Source: Verrucomicrobiota bacterium (GTDB lineage Bacteria; Verrucomicrobiota; Verrucomicrobiia; Limisphaerales; JACPZS01). Taken from it: DNA of 64,000 nucleotides. Where the stretch lies: positions 5,885 through 69,884 of the forward strand of contig JACPZS010000034.1 in assembly GCA_016195385.1 (NCBI GenBank), in the 5' to 3' direction. Positions 44,338-53,953 of the stretch are shown here, piece after piece. The first letter of the stretch is position 1. Each line of letters starts with the position of its first letter. Position numbers and translations under genes: made by a program. The notes beneath the pieces are model-generated. The model was given only the letters and a program-made list of their open reading frames with translations. It was not told the DNA's origin and made no database searches.

Positions 44338-46845
44338 ATGTCGTTGGCGACGATTATTTTTTCGGGACGCGACTGGCTCTTGCCAGCAGCGGGATTGCTT
44401 GTCGCCGCGCTGGTCATTCTCTTTTTCGCGTATCGAAGTGGCGGCGCGGGCCGCGCGATTCACAGCCTTTGCATCGCGCTGAAAATCCTCGGTTTGATCG
44501 CGTTGTTGATTTGTCTGTTGGAGCCGCGCTGGCTGCGGCAGCGGGCGCGACCGGGCGCGAATTTTTTCGCCGTCGTCGCCGATAATAGCCAGGGACTTCA
44601 GATCAAAGATCGTGGTGAGCCAAAGAGCCGCGGCGAACAGTTGCGCGAGACGTTAACGCTCGACAAAGCCGGTTGGTTCGCGCGGCTCAATGACGATTTC
44701 CAGGTTCGTCGTTACGCGTTCGATTCGCGCCTGCAAGCCACGCGCGATTTTTCCGAACTTCAATTCGATGGCCGCTCGACGGCGCTCGGCGGCGCGTTGC
44801 GCTCGCTAGCGGAGCGATTTCAAAATCAGCCCATCGCCGGCGTGCTGCTGTTCACCGACGGCAACGCGACGGATTTGCCCGACGGCTCGCTGGATGTGAA
44901 AGGGCTGCCGCCGGTTTATCCGATCGTGATCGGTCGCGACGACGCCATCAAAGACGTTGCTGTCCAAAAAGTGGCGGTGACGCAATCAGCGTTTGAGGAC
45001 GCGCCAGTTTCTGTTCAAGCCGACGTGCAGACGGCCGGATACGCAGGCGAAAAAATCGTGGCGCAACTTTTGGAAGTGGCCGCAAATTCTGCTGTCAGCG
45101 AAGTCGAGGCTAAGTCCGGCGATCTCAAGAAGAAATCCAGCAAGCCGGAAGCAAAATTGTCCACGAAGCCAGGCGCAGCGAGTGCAATATCTGAAAATAA
45201 AGTTGTCATCGAACAAACGCTTACCGCGCCGCGCAACGGCGACCCGTTGAGTTTTCATTTGCAGTTTCGGCCCGAGCACAGTGGCGTTTCGTTTTATCGG
45301 CTCCGGGTTTCGGCGCAAGCGGAGTTGGAGCAATTCAAGAAGCCGGAGCTTTCGACGGAAGCGACGCTGGCGAACAACCAGCGCGTGCTGGTGGTGGATC
45401 GCGGGCGCGGCCCGTATCGCGTGTTGTACGTCGCGGGCCGGCCGAATTGGGAATACAAGTTCCTGCATCGCGCAGTGGAGGAGGATGATCAGATCGAGCT
45501 GCCGGCGATCATTCGCATCGCGAAGCGCGAGCCAAAATTTGAATTTCGCGGACGCGTCGGCGAATCGAGCAACCCGCTCTTTCGCGGCTTCGGCAACCAG
45601 TCGAAGGAGGAAATCGAACGTTATGATCAACCCGTGCTCAAACGGCTGAACACGCAGGATGATCTTGAACTGCGCGGCGGTTTTCCCAAGACGGCCGAGG
45701 AACTCTACGCCTATCACGCCATCATCCTCGACGACCTCGAGGCGGAATTTTTTACGCACGAGCAGATGACGCTCGTGCAGAAATTCGTCTCCGAACGCGG
45801 CGGCGGCTTTCTCATGCTGGGCGGCGCGGAGTCTTTGCACGAAGGCAAGTACGAGCGCACGCCGATCGGCGACATGCTGCCGGTGTACGTGGATCGCGTT
45901 CCCGAAGCCAAGCCGCCGGAATTAGTGCGGCTCTCACTCACGCGCGAAGGCTGGCTGCAGCCGTGGGCGCGCCTGCGCAACAACGAATCGGACGAGAAAA
46001 CCAGAATCGATGAGATGCCACCATTTCTGGTCATGAACGCAGTGCGCGAGTTGAAGCCGGGCGCGAGCGTGATCGCAAACGTGGCCGACCGGGATGGGAA
46101 AAATTTTCCGGCCCTGGCAGTGCAGCGGTTCGGTCGCGGCCGTTCCGCGGCGATGATGATCGGCGATTTGTGGCATTGGGGTTTGCACGACGCCGAGTCG
46201 CATCGCGACATGGACAAGGCGTGGCGGCAGATGGTGCGCTGGCTCGTCGCGGACGTGCCTCGGCGCATCGAGATGCAAGTCGAGCCGACTCCCGGCGACG
46301 CGAATCAGGCGATGCGATTGCAAGTACGCGTGCGCGATAAAACTTTTCAGCCGCTCGACAACGCCGCTGTGTCGTTGAGCGTGCGGATTCTTGGTCTGGC
46401 CGAAGGCGTGGCTACGAATCGCGTCGCGGGCGCGGCGAGCGCAATTCGCCTCAACGCGGATGCGTCGCCGAGCGAGCCAGGGCTTTATGAGGCGACGTTC
46501 ATTCCGCGCGAAACGGGCGGCTACCACGTGGAGGCGACGGTGACGAATTCCGTCGGCGCGGAACTTGGCAGCGCGGAGGCGGGGTGGAGTTCCGATCCGG
46601 CGGCGGAAGAATTTCGCAGCCTCAGGCCGAACCGCGCGTTGCTTGAATCGCTCGCGAAGAAAACAGGCGGCGAAGTTATCGCGCTGAACCGCCTCGCCGA
46701 GTTCACGCAAAGCCTGCCGAAACGCAGCGCGCCAATCACGGAAAGCTGGAGCGAGCCTATCTGGCATCGCGCCGATGTGTTTTTGTTCGCGCTGGGTTGT
46801 TTCATCTGCGAATGGGGCTTGCGCCGCTGGAAAGGAATGGCGTGA
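44338..46845 (+). CDS. membrane protein with N-terminal double-TM (BatA-N-like), vWA-like and class-I-glutamine-amidotransferase-like domains
   Basis: It has two N-terminal TMs. The vWA-like region has 'FFAVVADNSQG' (a degenerate DxSxS) and 'IAGVLLFTDGNATD'. The GATase1-like block reads 'YRVLYVAGRPNWEYKFLHRAV...YHAIILDDLEAEFF...GGGFLMLGG', and there is a C-terminal TM. The start is uncertain (44308, 44320 or 44338). Confidence 0.65.
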   Translation: MSLATIIFSGRDWLLPAAGLLVAALVILFFAYRSGGAGRAIHSLCIALKILGLIALLICLLEPRWLRQRARPGANFFAVVADNSQGLQIKDRGEPKSRGEQLRETLTLDKAGWFARLNDDFQVRRYAFDSRLQATRDFSELQFDGRSTALGGALRSLAERFQNQPIAGVLLFTDGNATDLPDGSLDVKGLPPVYPIVIGRDDAIKDVAVQKVAVTQSAFEDAPVSVQADVQTAGYAGEKIVAQLLEVAANSAVSEVEAKSGDLKKKSSKPEAKLSTKPGAASAISENKVVIEQTLTAPRNGDPLSFHLQFRPEHSGVSFYRLRVSAQAELEQFKKPELSTEATLANNQRVLVVDRGRGPYRVLYVAGRPNWEYKFLHRAVEEDDQIELPAIIRIAKREPKFEFRGRVGESSNPLFRGFGNQSKEEIERYDQPVLKRLNTQDDLELRGGFPKTAEELYAYHAIILDDLEAEFFTHEQMTLVQKFVSERGGGFLMLGGAESLHEGKYERTPIGDMLPVYVDRVPEAKPPELVRLSLTREGWLQPWARLRNNESDEKTRIDEMPPFLVMNAVRELKPGASVIANVADRDGKNFPALAVQRFGRGRSAAMMIGDLWHWGLHDAESHRDMDKAWRQMVRWLVADVPRRIEMQVEPTPGDANQAMRLQVRVRDKTFQPLDNAAVSLSVRILGLAEGVATNRVAGAASAIRLNADASPSEPGLYEATFIPRETGGYHVEATVTNSVGAELGSAEAGWSSDPAAEEFRSLRPNRALLESLAKKTGGEVIALNRLAEFTQSLPKRSAPITESWSEPIWHRADVFLFALGCFICEWGLRRWKGMA

Positions 46846-46904
46846 AGTTCGATTGGCGCGTGCAGCGTGACAGGGGAGGAAGCGCGGATTTTCCATCCGC
46901 GCGA

Positions 46905-47987
46905 ATGCCATGCTGCCGCAGAAAAACATCGTTCATATCTTCGCTCCAATGCCTGACTCGCGCGGATATCAAATCCGCGCTCCACAACTTCGCGGCGACA
47001 ACGAAGTCCGTCAGTGCCGTTTTGCTGATGGTGATTATGGTGGTTTGCAATTTGTTCGTTGCGACGATTTGCGCGTCGGAAATTGTCGTTCAACCGACCG
47101 TGATTGCCGTCACTGGCGCGCCGGGCGAGGAGGAGTTTGGAAAACAGTTTGAGGAACAAGCGGCGCTTTGGGAGAAGGCGGCGCGCGGCGCAAGCGCCCG
47201 CAGCGTCATCTTGCGCGCCAAGGATGCCGCCGAAACCAATCAGCTTGCACAACTTGAAAAGACGTTGCGCGACGAGCCGAAGGACGGGGCAGGGGGGTTG
47301 TGGTTGGTGCTGCTCGGGCACGGCACGTTCGATGGCAAGGAGGCGCGCTTCAATCTGCGCGGCCCGGATTTGACGTCGTCGGATCTCGCCGAATGGCTGA
47401 AATCGTTTCGTCGTCCGCTCGTCGTGATCAACACGGCTTCGAGCAGCGCGCCGTTTCTCGCCAAGCTGGCTGGCACCAACCGCGTCGTCCTGAGCTCGAC
47501 CCGCAGCGGCTACGAACAGAACTACGCGCGCTTTGGCCAATACCTCTCGGAGGCCATCGGCGACGCTCAGGCGGACATCGACAAGGACGGACAAGTTTCA
47601 TTGCTCGAAGCGTTTCTCACCGCGTCGCATCGTGTCGCGGAGTTTTATCAGCGCGAAGGCCGGCTGGCGACGGAGCATCCATTAATTGACGACAACGGCG
47701 ATGGCCAGGGCACGCCGGCGGATTGGTTTCGTGGCGTGCGCGCCGTGAAAAAATCCGCCACTGGCGCGGCGCTCGACGGCGTGCGCGCACATCAAGTTCA
47801 TTTGATTCGCAGCCAGGCGGAGCAGGCACTTTCGCCAACGGAGCGTGCGCGGCGCGATGAATTGGAACTCGCCATCGCCACGCTGCGCGACGCCAAGGCC
47901 ACGCTGCCGGAGGCCGAGTATTTTCAGCGGCTGGAAATTTTGTTGCTCGAACTCGGCCGGCTTTACGAGCCCAAGTCCGCACCGTAA
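46905..47987 (+). CDS. caspase/legumain-fold (clan CD, C13-like) protein with Ser at the expected nucleophile position
   Basis: It has an N-terminal hydrophobic segment. The strand 'LWLVLLGHGTFDG' carries the His-Gly dyad, and about 40 aa later comes 'PLVVINTASSSAPFL'. This parallels legumain 'VFIYFTDHGS...MVFYIEACESGSM'. The start is uncertain (46905 or 47028). Confidence 0.45.
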   Translation: MPCCRRKTSFISSLQCLTRADIKSALHNFAATTKSVSAVLLMVIMVVCNLFVATICASEIVVQPTVIAVTGAPGEEEFGKQFEEQAALWEKAARGASARSVILRAKDAAETNQLAQLEKTLRDEPKDGAGGLWLVLLGHGTFDGKEARFNLRGPDLTSSDLAEWLKSFRRPLVVINTASSSAPFLAKLAGTNRVVLSSTRSGYEQNYARFGQYLSEAIGDAQADIDKDGQVSLLEAFLTASHRVAEFYQREGRLATEHPLIDDNGDGQGTPADWFRGVRAVKKSATGAALDGVRAHQVHLIRSQAEQALSPTERARRDELELAIATLRDAKATLPEAEYFQRLEILLLELGRLYEPKSAP

Positions 47988-48031
47988 CCGAGAGAAGTTT
48001 GTTTTCCCTGTCGGCTTCCTCGTTGAATTCC

Positions 48032-51000
48032 TCACGCTTTCAAATTCTCCCGTCGCGCATCGGCGGCGAAGAACCGTTGGTAGAGCACGGAGGCGAGGAT
48101 GGAAAGAATCGCCACGCCGATGAACGCGCCGATGCGATAGAGCGGATCGAGTTGCACAAGATCGTGCGCGAAGAGTTTGAGCAGCGTCACGCTGAGGAGC
48201 GCGATGCTGGCATAGCGCGCGGGGCGGGCGGATTTCCAAATGCCGATGCTCAACAGCGAGAGAGCAAACATCGCCCAGCCGATCGAGAACGCCATGTCGC
48301 GCTGGAAATTTCCCCAGAAACGGAAACTCAACGCCGCATCCGGCGCGGTGAAGTAGTCTGCGATTTCGATGTTGAGCAATAGGAATGCGAGCAGGCCGGC
48401 CATGCCGTCAAGCAGCGGCGGCGTGTGCGTGCCCATGAGTTCGTGCTTTGGCGTGGCCAACAGTCGCGCGCCAGCGAGCAGGCACACGATGACGAGGCCG
48501 TAAGTGTAGAGATACCAGTTCCAAATCGGATACGCGCCGCGCGTGTGATAAACGAGCACCGCGGCGTTCAGCGCGAGCCGCGCGAAAGAGACGGCGAGCA
48601 GCGCGAAGCCGGTCGCGCGCAAACCGGCGTGCGGCACGCGACGGAAAAGCCAGACGAGCGCGACACCTTCGAGCGCCCACGAAATCGTGAGCCACTGGCG
48701 TTCGAACTGAATTGGAAAAATCAGCGTGATGAAGAACAGCGCGCAACCACCGAACCAGGCGAGCAGACGGCTGCGTTGCGCGTGGTCAACCGGGATCACG
48801 CGCGTTAAATACGCGAGGCACACGAGCAGCGGACACGCAAGCACGGCTGGCAGCAAGCCCATGTAGTCATTGGAGAAACCGAAGCTGACTGTTCGGTAAA
48901 TCAAAAAGAAATGCAATGGCGCGGCCAGTGCGGCAGTTGCCCAGATCAAGGGGCGATCCATAAACCCTGCCCGGAACAAAAATGGAAAAATGAGGAATGC
49001 CGCCGGGAAAGCCAGATGCCACGCGAGAGGAATCGCTGCGGCGCTGACCGCGAAGTGCGCGCCGTGCCAGACGTGCTGGAGGCCCAGCGCGCACGCCAGC
49101 GCGACCGGCGCGAGCAGATCCAACTTCACCACGCGGACGAGGACAAGCAGCAATGCCACGAGGAAGAACGCAAGGCCGAAGACCGGCGAAGGGTTGGCCA
49201 ACGGCAATCGCGCCGTCGCCATCATCAACAGGAAGAAAGGCAAGATCGCGGACAGAGCGCTTATTTGAGCGAGCGTCGCCGAAAGGCTGGCGCTGGCGTT
49301 TCCGAAAAAGGCGGACACGCCGGAGCCGTCTTGATTTGAGCCGCCTTCGTCAGCGGCAATTTTATTCGCAAGAATTTTTTCTGCAACCATGCCGACGGCG
49401 AAGAAGAACACGGCGAAGCCACCGACAATCGTCAGCAACGGCGCGACGCTGTCCAACTGCGCGGGGACTTTGAAAATCCACAGCGTCGTGAGCACGCCCG
49501 TGAGCAGCAAAACTCCCACGACCGAGAGCAGCGACGCGGTGAACAGCGCGAGTCCGACCGCCAACGCATCGACGAGCAGCACGATGGGCCAAATCGCCCA
49601 GTTCACGGCGAGATGCTTGAGCAGCGGAAGCATGATGAGCAGCAGCGTCGCGGACGGAAACAAGTGGCCAAATTGTTGTCCGGGAATTTCCGGGCGGAAG
49701 CGTTTGAGAAGAATTGGAAACGCCGAGTGAATCGCCGCGAAGATTAAATAAGCGGCGAGCGCCCAGTTCAATGTGGCTGGTGTCAGGTAGGCGCTCGTCC
49801 AGTTGGCGAGGAGCAGGAATGAAACGCCGCCGGCCGCGAGGTGCGCGGGATGGAGTGTGCTTCGCAAGAGCACGAGGGCGAGGACGCAAAGATCGGCCAG
49901 CAGCATGAATGAGAAGAGGGTGCCCGGCTGCGCGCCAAGCGCGGGATGATTCAGCAGGTAGCCGATAAACGCGAGAGTGACGAAGGGCAGAGCAATGGCC
50001 GAGGACGTGAGCGATTGATTCGCCTGCCGTAACTTCTCGCCGACGAAAAACGCGAGCACGAACAGCGCGTCGAAGCTGAGGAAGATCATCATCGCCGGGC
50101 CGATTTTCTCCGGCGCAAAAAAATTGGCTACCCAGCCGATTTGGATGAGCACCGTGCCCGCCGCGCCCATCGCGACGAGAAAGTGCCAGCGTTTTTTGAA
50201 TGCCAGCGCGAGGAGGCCGACATCCAGCAACGCCACGTAGGTGAATAAACTGCCCGGACGATCTTCGCCGGTCGAAAGCATTGGCGGCGTCAGAAAGGCG
50301 GCGACCAACCCGAGCACGGCCACGACGATGGCATCAAGCCGCGCCGCCAGCGTGAACGCGACGATGGTGATCGCGCTCATCAACGCAAAGGCCGTCGCGT
50401 TTCCGATGAAGTGGTAGTAGGCGTGACAAGCAAAACTCACCGCGTACAAAATCACGACGCCGGTTGCGCATAACGTCTGCGCGGCGACAGTGTACTCCTT
50501 TCGTTTCGTCACAACGCCGGCGACAACAAGGCTGATGCCGGTGAGGAAGCCGAGCGCGACGCGAATCTCCGGCCGAATCAAATTGTGCTCGAAGGAGTAT
50601 TTGATAAAGAACGCGACGCCGAGGAACAATGCGAGGCCGCCGATCCAGGCGAACATCTTAACGCCGAGAAATTGTTCCCAATCGATGGAGGCGTCGGGTG
50701 TCTCCACGAACGTCTTATTGCCTGTCGCTGAATAAGACGGCGGCTCAGGCTGGGCGGGCCGCGGCGTTTCGATCAACGGTGGCAACACGGGCGGATTTCC
50801 GGCAGAAGCGAACGCGATGATCGTAGCGACCGGTTCTGTTTTCTGAAGCGGAGCAGGGAACGGCGGCGTTGTGACCGGGGAAACGGTCGCTGGACGACTG
50901 TGTTCATTGGTTGGAGCGCGTGTGGACGACGCTTCTTTCGCTGCGGTGTCCTCGTCCGCAAAGCACCGTTCCAAGTTTCGCAACTTGTGTTCGAGAGTGA

Positions 51001-51103
51001 CGATGCGCCCGGTGAGCGCGGAGGTTTCTGCGTCCGATTTCGCGCTTCTGCGGATCAACCAGATCAGCGCGCCGAAACAAAGCAGCAGCGGGAATAAATT
51101 CAT
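48032..51103 (-). CDS. DUF2339-like large polytopic membrane protein
   Basis: This 1023-aa ORF has an N-terminal TM, a coiled segment ('RIVTLEHKLRNLERCF') and a Pro-rich linker, followed by more than 25 hydrophobic helices. This architecture is typical of DUF2339. Confidence 0.75.
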   Translation of the reverse strand: MNLFPLLLCFGALIWLIRRSAKSDAETSALTGRIVTLEHKLRNLERCFADEDTAAKEASSTRAPTNEHSRPATVSPVTTPPFPAPLQKTEPVATIIAFASAGNPPVLPPLIETPRPAQPEPPSYSATGNKTFVETPDASIDWEQFLGVKMFAWIGGLALFLGVAFFIKYSFEHNLIRPEIRVALGFLTGISLVVAGVVTKRKEYTVAAQTLCATGVVILYAVSFACHAYYHFIGNATAFALMSAITIVAFTLAARLDAIVVAVLGLVAAFLTPPMLSTGEDRPGSLFTYVALLDVGLLALAFKKRWHFLVAMGAAGTVLIQIGWVANFFAPEKIGPAMMIFLSFDALFVLAFFVGEKLRQANQSLTSSAIALPFVTLAFIGYLLNHPALGAQPGTLFSFMLLADLCVLALVLLRSTLHPAHLAAGGVSFLLLANWTSAYLTPATLNWALAAYLIFAAIHSAFPILLKRFRPEIPGQQFGHLFPSATLLLIMLPLLKHLAVNWAIWPIVLLVDALAVGLALFTASLLSVVGVLLLTGVLTTLWIFKVPAQLDSVAPLLTIVGGFAVFFFAVGMVAEKILANKIAADEGGSNQDGSGVSAFFGNASASLSATLAQISALSAILPFFLLMMATARLPLANPSPVFGLAFFLVALLLVLVRVVKLDLLAPVALACALGLQHVWHGAHFAVSAAAIPLAWHLAFPAAFLIFPFLFRAGFMDRPLIWATAALAAPLHFFLIYRTVSFGFSNDYMGLLPAVLACPLLVCLAYLTRVIPVDHAQRSRLLAWFGGCALFFITLIFPIQFERQWLTISWALEGVALVWLFRRVPHAGLRATGFALLAVSFARLALNAAVLVYHTRGAYPIWNWYLYTYGLVIVCLLAGARLLATPKHELMGTHTPPLLDGMAGLLAFLLLNIEIADYFTAPDAALSFRFWGNFQRDMAFSIGWAMFALSLLSIGIWKSARPARYASIALLSVTLLKLFAHDLVQLDPLYRIGAFIGVAILSILASVLYQRFFAADARRENLKA

Positions 51104-51481
51104 AGTGGTTTGCGTGTTGTTACCACGGTTTTACGCCGAGAAGCTGACGCGGACAAGTTCCGCACGGCCGCTTGCGCGACGGGTTTTAAATTCGTTTTCA
51201 TGGCATGACCGTAGTCGAGACGGGATTGTCACGGTTAATTGAAAAACTTGCGGGGCATTGGCGCAAGCAATCCGCAGCCATGGCGGAGCAGTGGGGCAAA
51301 TGCAAAAATTCGACAAGCGTGCGCGAATTTATTTGGCTGGCCTGCGTCGAAGCGGTGCTCTTTTTGACGGAACCGTTTGCGCTCTTTGAAAACAACGCGG
51401 CGGTTCCGAAACCCTTTGACCAATCGGGAGCGTGACGTTACACCCATTGGCCAGCGGTGCGGCAATGGCAACTTGATTGAG

Positions 51482-52216
51482 ATGATGATTCCCTTTGGTT
51501 TATTGGCGGCGGCGCCAGCGCGGGCGGATGTGAACCTGGTTCAGATCTGGAGCATGTCCACAATCGAAGGTAAAGCGGTGATTGTCTTGCTCGTGAGTTT
51601 TTCGATGATCGCCTGGTCGGTGATGATTTCAAAATTTCTCTCGATGCGCCGCGCAAAAAAATTGAACGAATACTTCGACGCCGAGTTCCGCTCGCAGCAA
51701 AATGTGCTGGCGGTTTACGATCGCCGTGTGCAGGTCGATGGCTGTCCGCTGTTCGGCGTGTATCAGGCGGGCTGCCTCGAATTGGACACACGGTTGCGAT
51801 CCGCCAGCAGCGAAGGGAGGAAGCAATTCATCACCCTGAAATCCATGGAGCACGTCAAGCGCACGCTGGAGCGCGCCGTGGCGCAAGAGTCATTGAAGCT
51901 CGAATCGGGGTTGATCTTGCTGGCGATCGCGGTGAGCGGCGCGCCTTTTCTGGGACTGCTGGGGACAGTTTGGGGCGTGATGAGCGCCTTCGGCCAGGTG
52001 GCGGAGAAGGGAAACGCCGATCTGATTACGATGGCGCCCGGCGTGGCAGGCGCGCTGATCACCACCGTGGCCGGCTTGCTCGTCGCCATCCCTTCGATGT
52101 TTGGTTACAACTGGCTCGTGCATAATCTGCGCGTGCTGACGGTGGAGCTGGACAACTTCGCGCAGGAACTGGCGTCGAAAATGGAAACGGAGTTTTTGAA
52201 AGATGACGAAGGATAG
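51482..52216 (+). CDS. tolQ: MotA/TolQ/ExbB proton-channel protein (TolQ by context)
   Basis: From the ATG at 51482 it has 'GAPFLGLLGTVWGVMSAFGQV' and 'MAPGVAGALITTVAGLLVAIPSMFGYNWL'. Downstream lie exbD/tolR, tolA-like, tolB and pal. Confidence 0.85.
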   Translation: MMIPFGLLAAAPARADVNLVQIWSMSTIEGKAVIVLLVSFSMIAWSVMISKFLSMRRAKKLNEYFDAEFRSQQNVLAVYDRRVQVDGCPLFGVYQAGCLELDTRLRSASSEGRKQFITLKSMEHVKRTLERAVAQESLKLESGLILLAIAVSGAPFLGLLGTVWGVMSAFGQVAEKGNADLITMAPGVAGALITTVAGLLVAIPSMFGYNWLVHNLRVLTVELDNFAQELASKMETEFLKDDEG

Positions 52217-52568
52217 CCGCCCGGCGGAAACGCCACCATCGGCAAAAAGAACATCTGCCAGCGCGCCGGCGACGTGCGGCAAGTGCGGACACGAGAACAA
52301 ACCGCACTCCAGCCGCTGCGTCGAATGCGGCTCGCATTTGCACATCGTCTGTCACCAGTGCGGCCATCGGAATCTGCGCGCGGCAAGCGCGTGTGTCGAA
52401 TGCGGCAAGCGTTTGCATCGGAGTTTTTGGCAGCGATGGTCGAAGCGGCTGTTCAGGCGCAGCCCGGATCTGGCACCGTTCCAAATTGGCTTTCTCGTTG
52501 TTGCAGTTTATGTGGGTTACAAGGTGATTATCTGGCTGTCTCGCTATAATCCTCCTTCCCCTGAATAA
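52203..52568 (+). CDS. double zinc-ribbon protein with C-terminal transmembrane anchor
   Basis: This 121-aa ORF has two identical-spacing ribbons, 'CGKCGHENKPHSSRCVECG' and 'CHQCGHRNLRAASACVECG' (C-x2-C-x11-C-x2-C). These are followed by a basic stretch and the TM 'FQIGFLVVAVYVGYKVIIWL'. It overlaps the tolQ 3' end by 14 nt and ends 3 nt before tolR. Confidence 0.6.
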   Translation: MTKDSRPAETPPSAKRTSASAPATCGKCGHENKPHSSRCVECGSHLHIVCHQCGHRNLRAASACVECGKRLHRSFWQRWSKRLFRRSPDLAPFQIGFLVVAVYVGYKVIIWLSRYNPPSPE

Positions 52569-52571
52569 TAC

Positions 52572-52994
52572 ATGCGCCGCTTTTCTCAACGCAATCCGCT
52601 GGTGACGCTGAGTGACATTAACATCACACCGCTGCTGGATCTGGCCTTCGTGCTGCTGATCATTTTCGTCATCACCACGCCCATGCTGCAAAACAGCATG
52701 AAAATGGATCTGCCGAGCGGCGGCCAGCCCAACCAGCCCAAACTCGACAAGAACGATATCCGCACAGTCGAAATCAGCGTGGGCGGAGAATATCGGTTGA
52801 ACAAGAGGACGATGACATTGAGCAGCCTCGAAGCCGAACTCGTCGCTGCCCATCGACGCAATCCGCGGCTGATCGTCGATGTCCGCGCTGACAAGCGGGC
52901 CAGTTGGGAGTTGGTCGCCGCAGTATTCGACGCCTGCACACGCAACGGCATCACCGAGATTTCGCCAATGACCGCGCCGCCTTCACGCAGATGA
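52572..52994 (+). CDS. tolR: ExbD/TolR biopolymer transport protein
   Basis: It has 'INITPLLDLAFVLLIIFVITTPML' and 'VRADKRASWELVAAVFDACTRNGI'. Confidence 0.85.
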   Translation: MRRFSQRNPLVTLSDINITPLLDLAFVLLIIFVITTPMLQNSMKMDLPSGGQPNQPKLDKNDIRTVEISVGGEYRLNKRTMTLSSLEAELVAAHRRNPRLIVDVRADKRASWELVAAVFDACTRNGITEISPMTAPPSRR

Positions 52995-53953
52995 GCCGCT
53001 TGCAAAAAAAGTGCTTCCTCGCTTCAGCGGCGCTCCACGGCCTGCTGCTGGCGATTTTGCTTTTGGGACCAGCGTTCCTGCAACTGGAGAAACCCGGCAC
53101 CGAGAGCCGGCCACTGCTCACAGTGATTCCTCGGAAGCTGATTGATGACGCGCTATCGGGCGGCGGCGAGCCGGCGACCAAACCGCAGGAAATTGCTCAA
53201 CCCACTGCGCCTGCGCCGCCCGTCACGAAGCCACTGTCATCCGAAGTCAGCCCAGTCGCCGAAGTGAAACCGGAGCCGCCGCCCAAGGTCGAAAAACAAA
53301 TTGAAACGGTTGAGCATCCTGTTGAAACAACGCCGAAACAAAATTTGCGAGTCAAACCGAAGTCGAAGCCCAAGTCGGAAAAAGTTGAGCCAATCGACGA
53401 AGCACCGCCAAAAGTCACCGAACGCACCGCGCCGTTAAAAAAGAAGCCCGACGTTGTCATCGACTTGAAACCGGGAACTCGCAACAACGAGCAGGCGGTC
53501 GCCCAGAAGGCCAAGGCCGAAGCGAAAGCTCAAGCTGAAGCGCAAGCGCGCTCCGAGAAAGCCGCCCGTGAGGCCTGGCAGGGAACCCTCGGCTCGCTCC
53601 GCAAAAATCTGACCGGCCCTTCGACGACGATTCAGACGCTGGGCGGCACCGGCGGTGAGGCTTACGCAGATTATGGCCAGGCCATCAAGACGCTTTACAC
53701 GGAGGCCTGGACAACGCCAAACGATGTCACGGACGAAAAAGCGACCGTCAAAGTGGAGATCACCGTCGCGCGCGATGGGCGGATAATCTCGTCGCGCATC
53801 ACTGGCTTCACGAAAATTTCATCGCTGGATAATTCGGTCCAGCGCGTGCTGGATCGCGTGCGCCGCCTGCCGCCATTTCCCGACGGTGCGAAAGATTTAC
53901 AACGCTCGTTCGAACTTAACTTTAACCTCAAAGCAAAACGCTCACTTGGATGA
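52991..53953 (+). CDS. TolA/TonB-like energy-transducer protein
   Basis: The ATG at 52991 overlaps the tolR stop (ATGA). It has an N-terminal TM ('FLASAALHGLLLAILLLGPAF'), a Pro/Lys/Glu-rich spacer, an 'AKAEAKAQAEAQA' helix and a TonB_C-like end ('ATVKVEITVARDGRIISSRI...LPPFP'). Confidence 0.7.
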   Translation: MSRLQKKCFLASAALHGLLLAILLLGPAFLQLEKPGTESRPLLTVIPRKLIDDALSGGGEPATKPQEIAQPTAPAPPVTKPLSSEVSPVAEVKPEPPPKVEKQIETVEHPVETTPKQNLRVKPKSKPKSEKVEPIDEAPPKVTERTAPLKKKPDVVIDLKPGTRNNEQAVAQKAKAEAKAQAEAQARSEKAAREAWQGTLGSLRKNLTGPSTTIQTLGGTGGEAYADYGQAIKTLYTEAWTTPNDVTDEKATVKVEITVARDGRIISSRITGFTKISSLDNSVQRVLDRVRRLPPFPDGAKDLQRSFELNFNLKAKRSLG

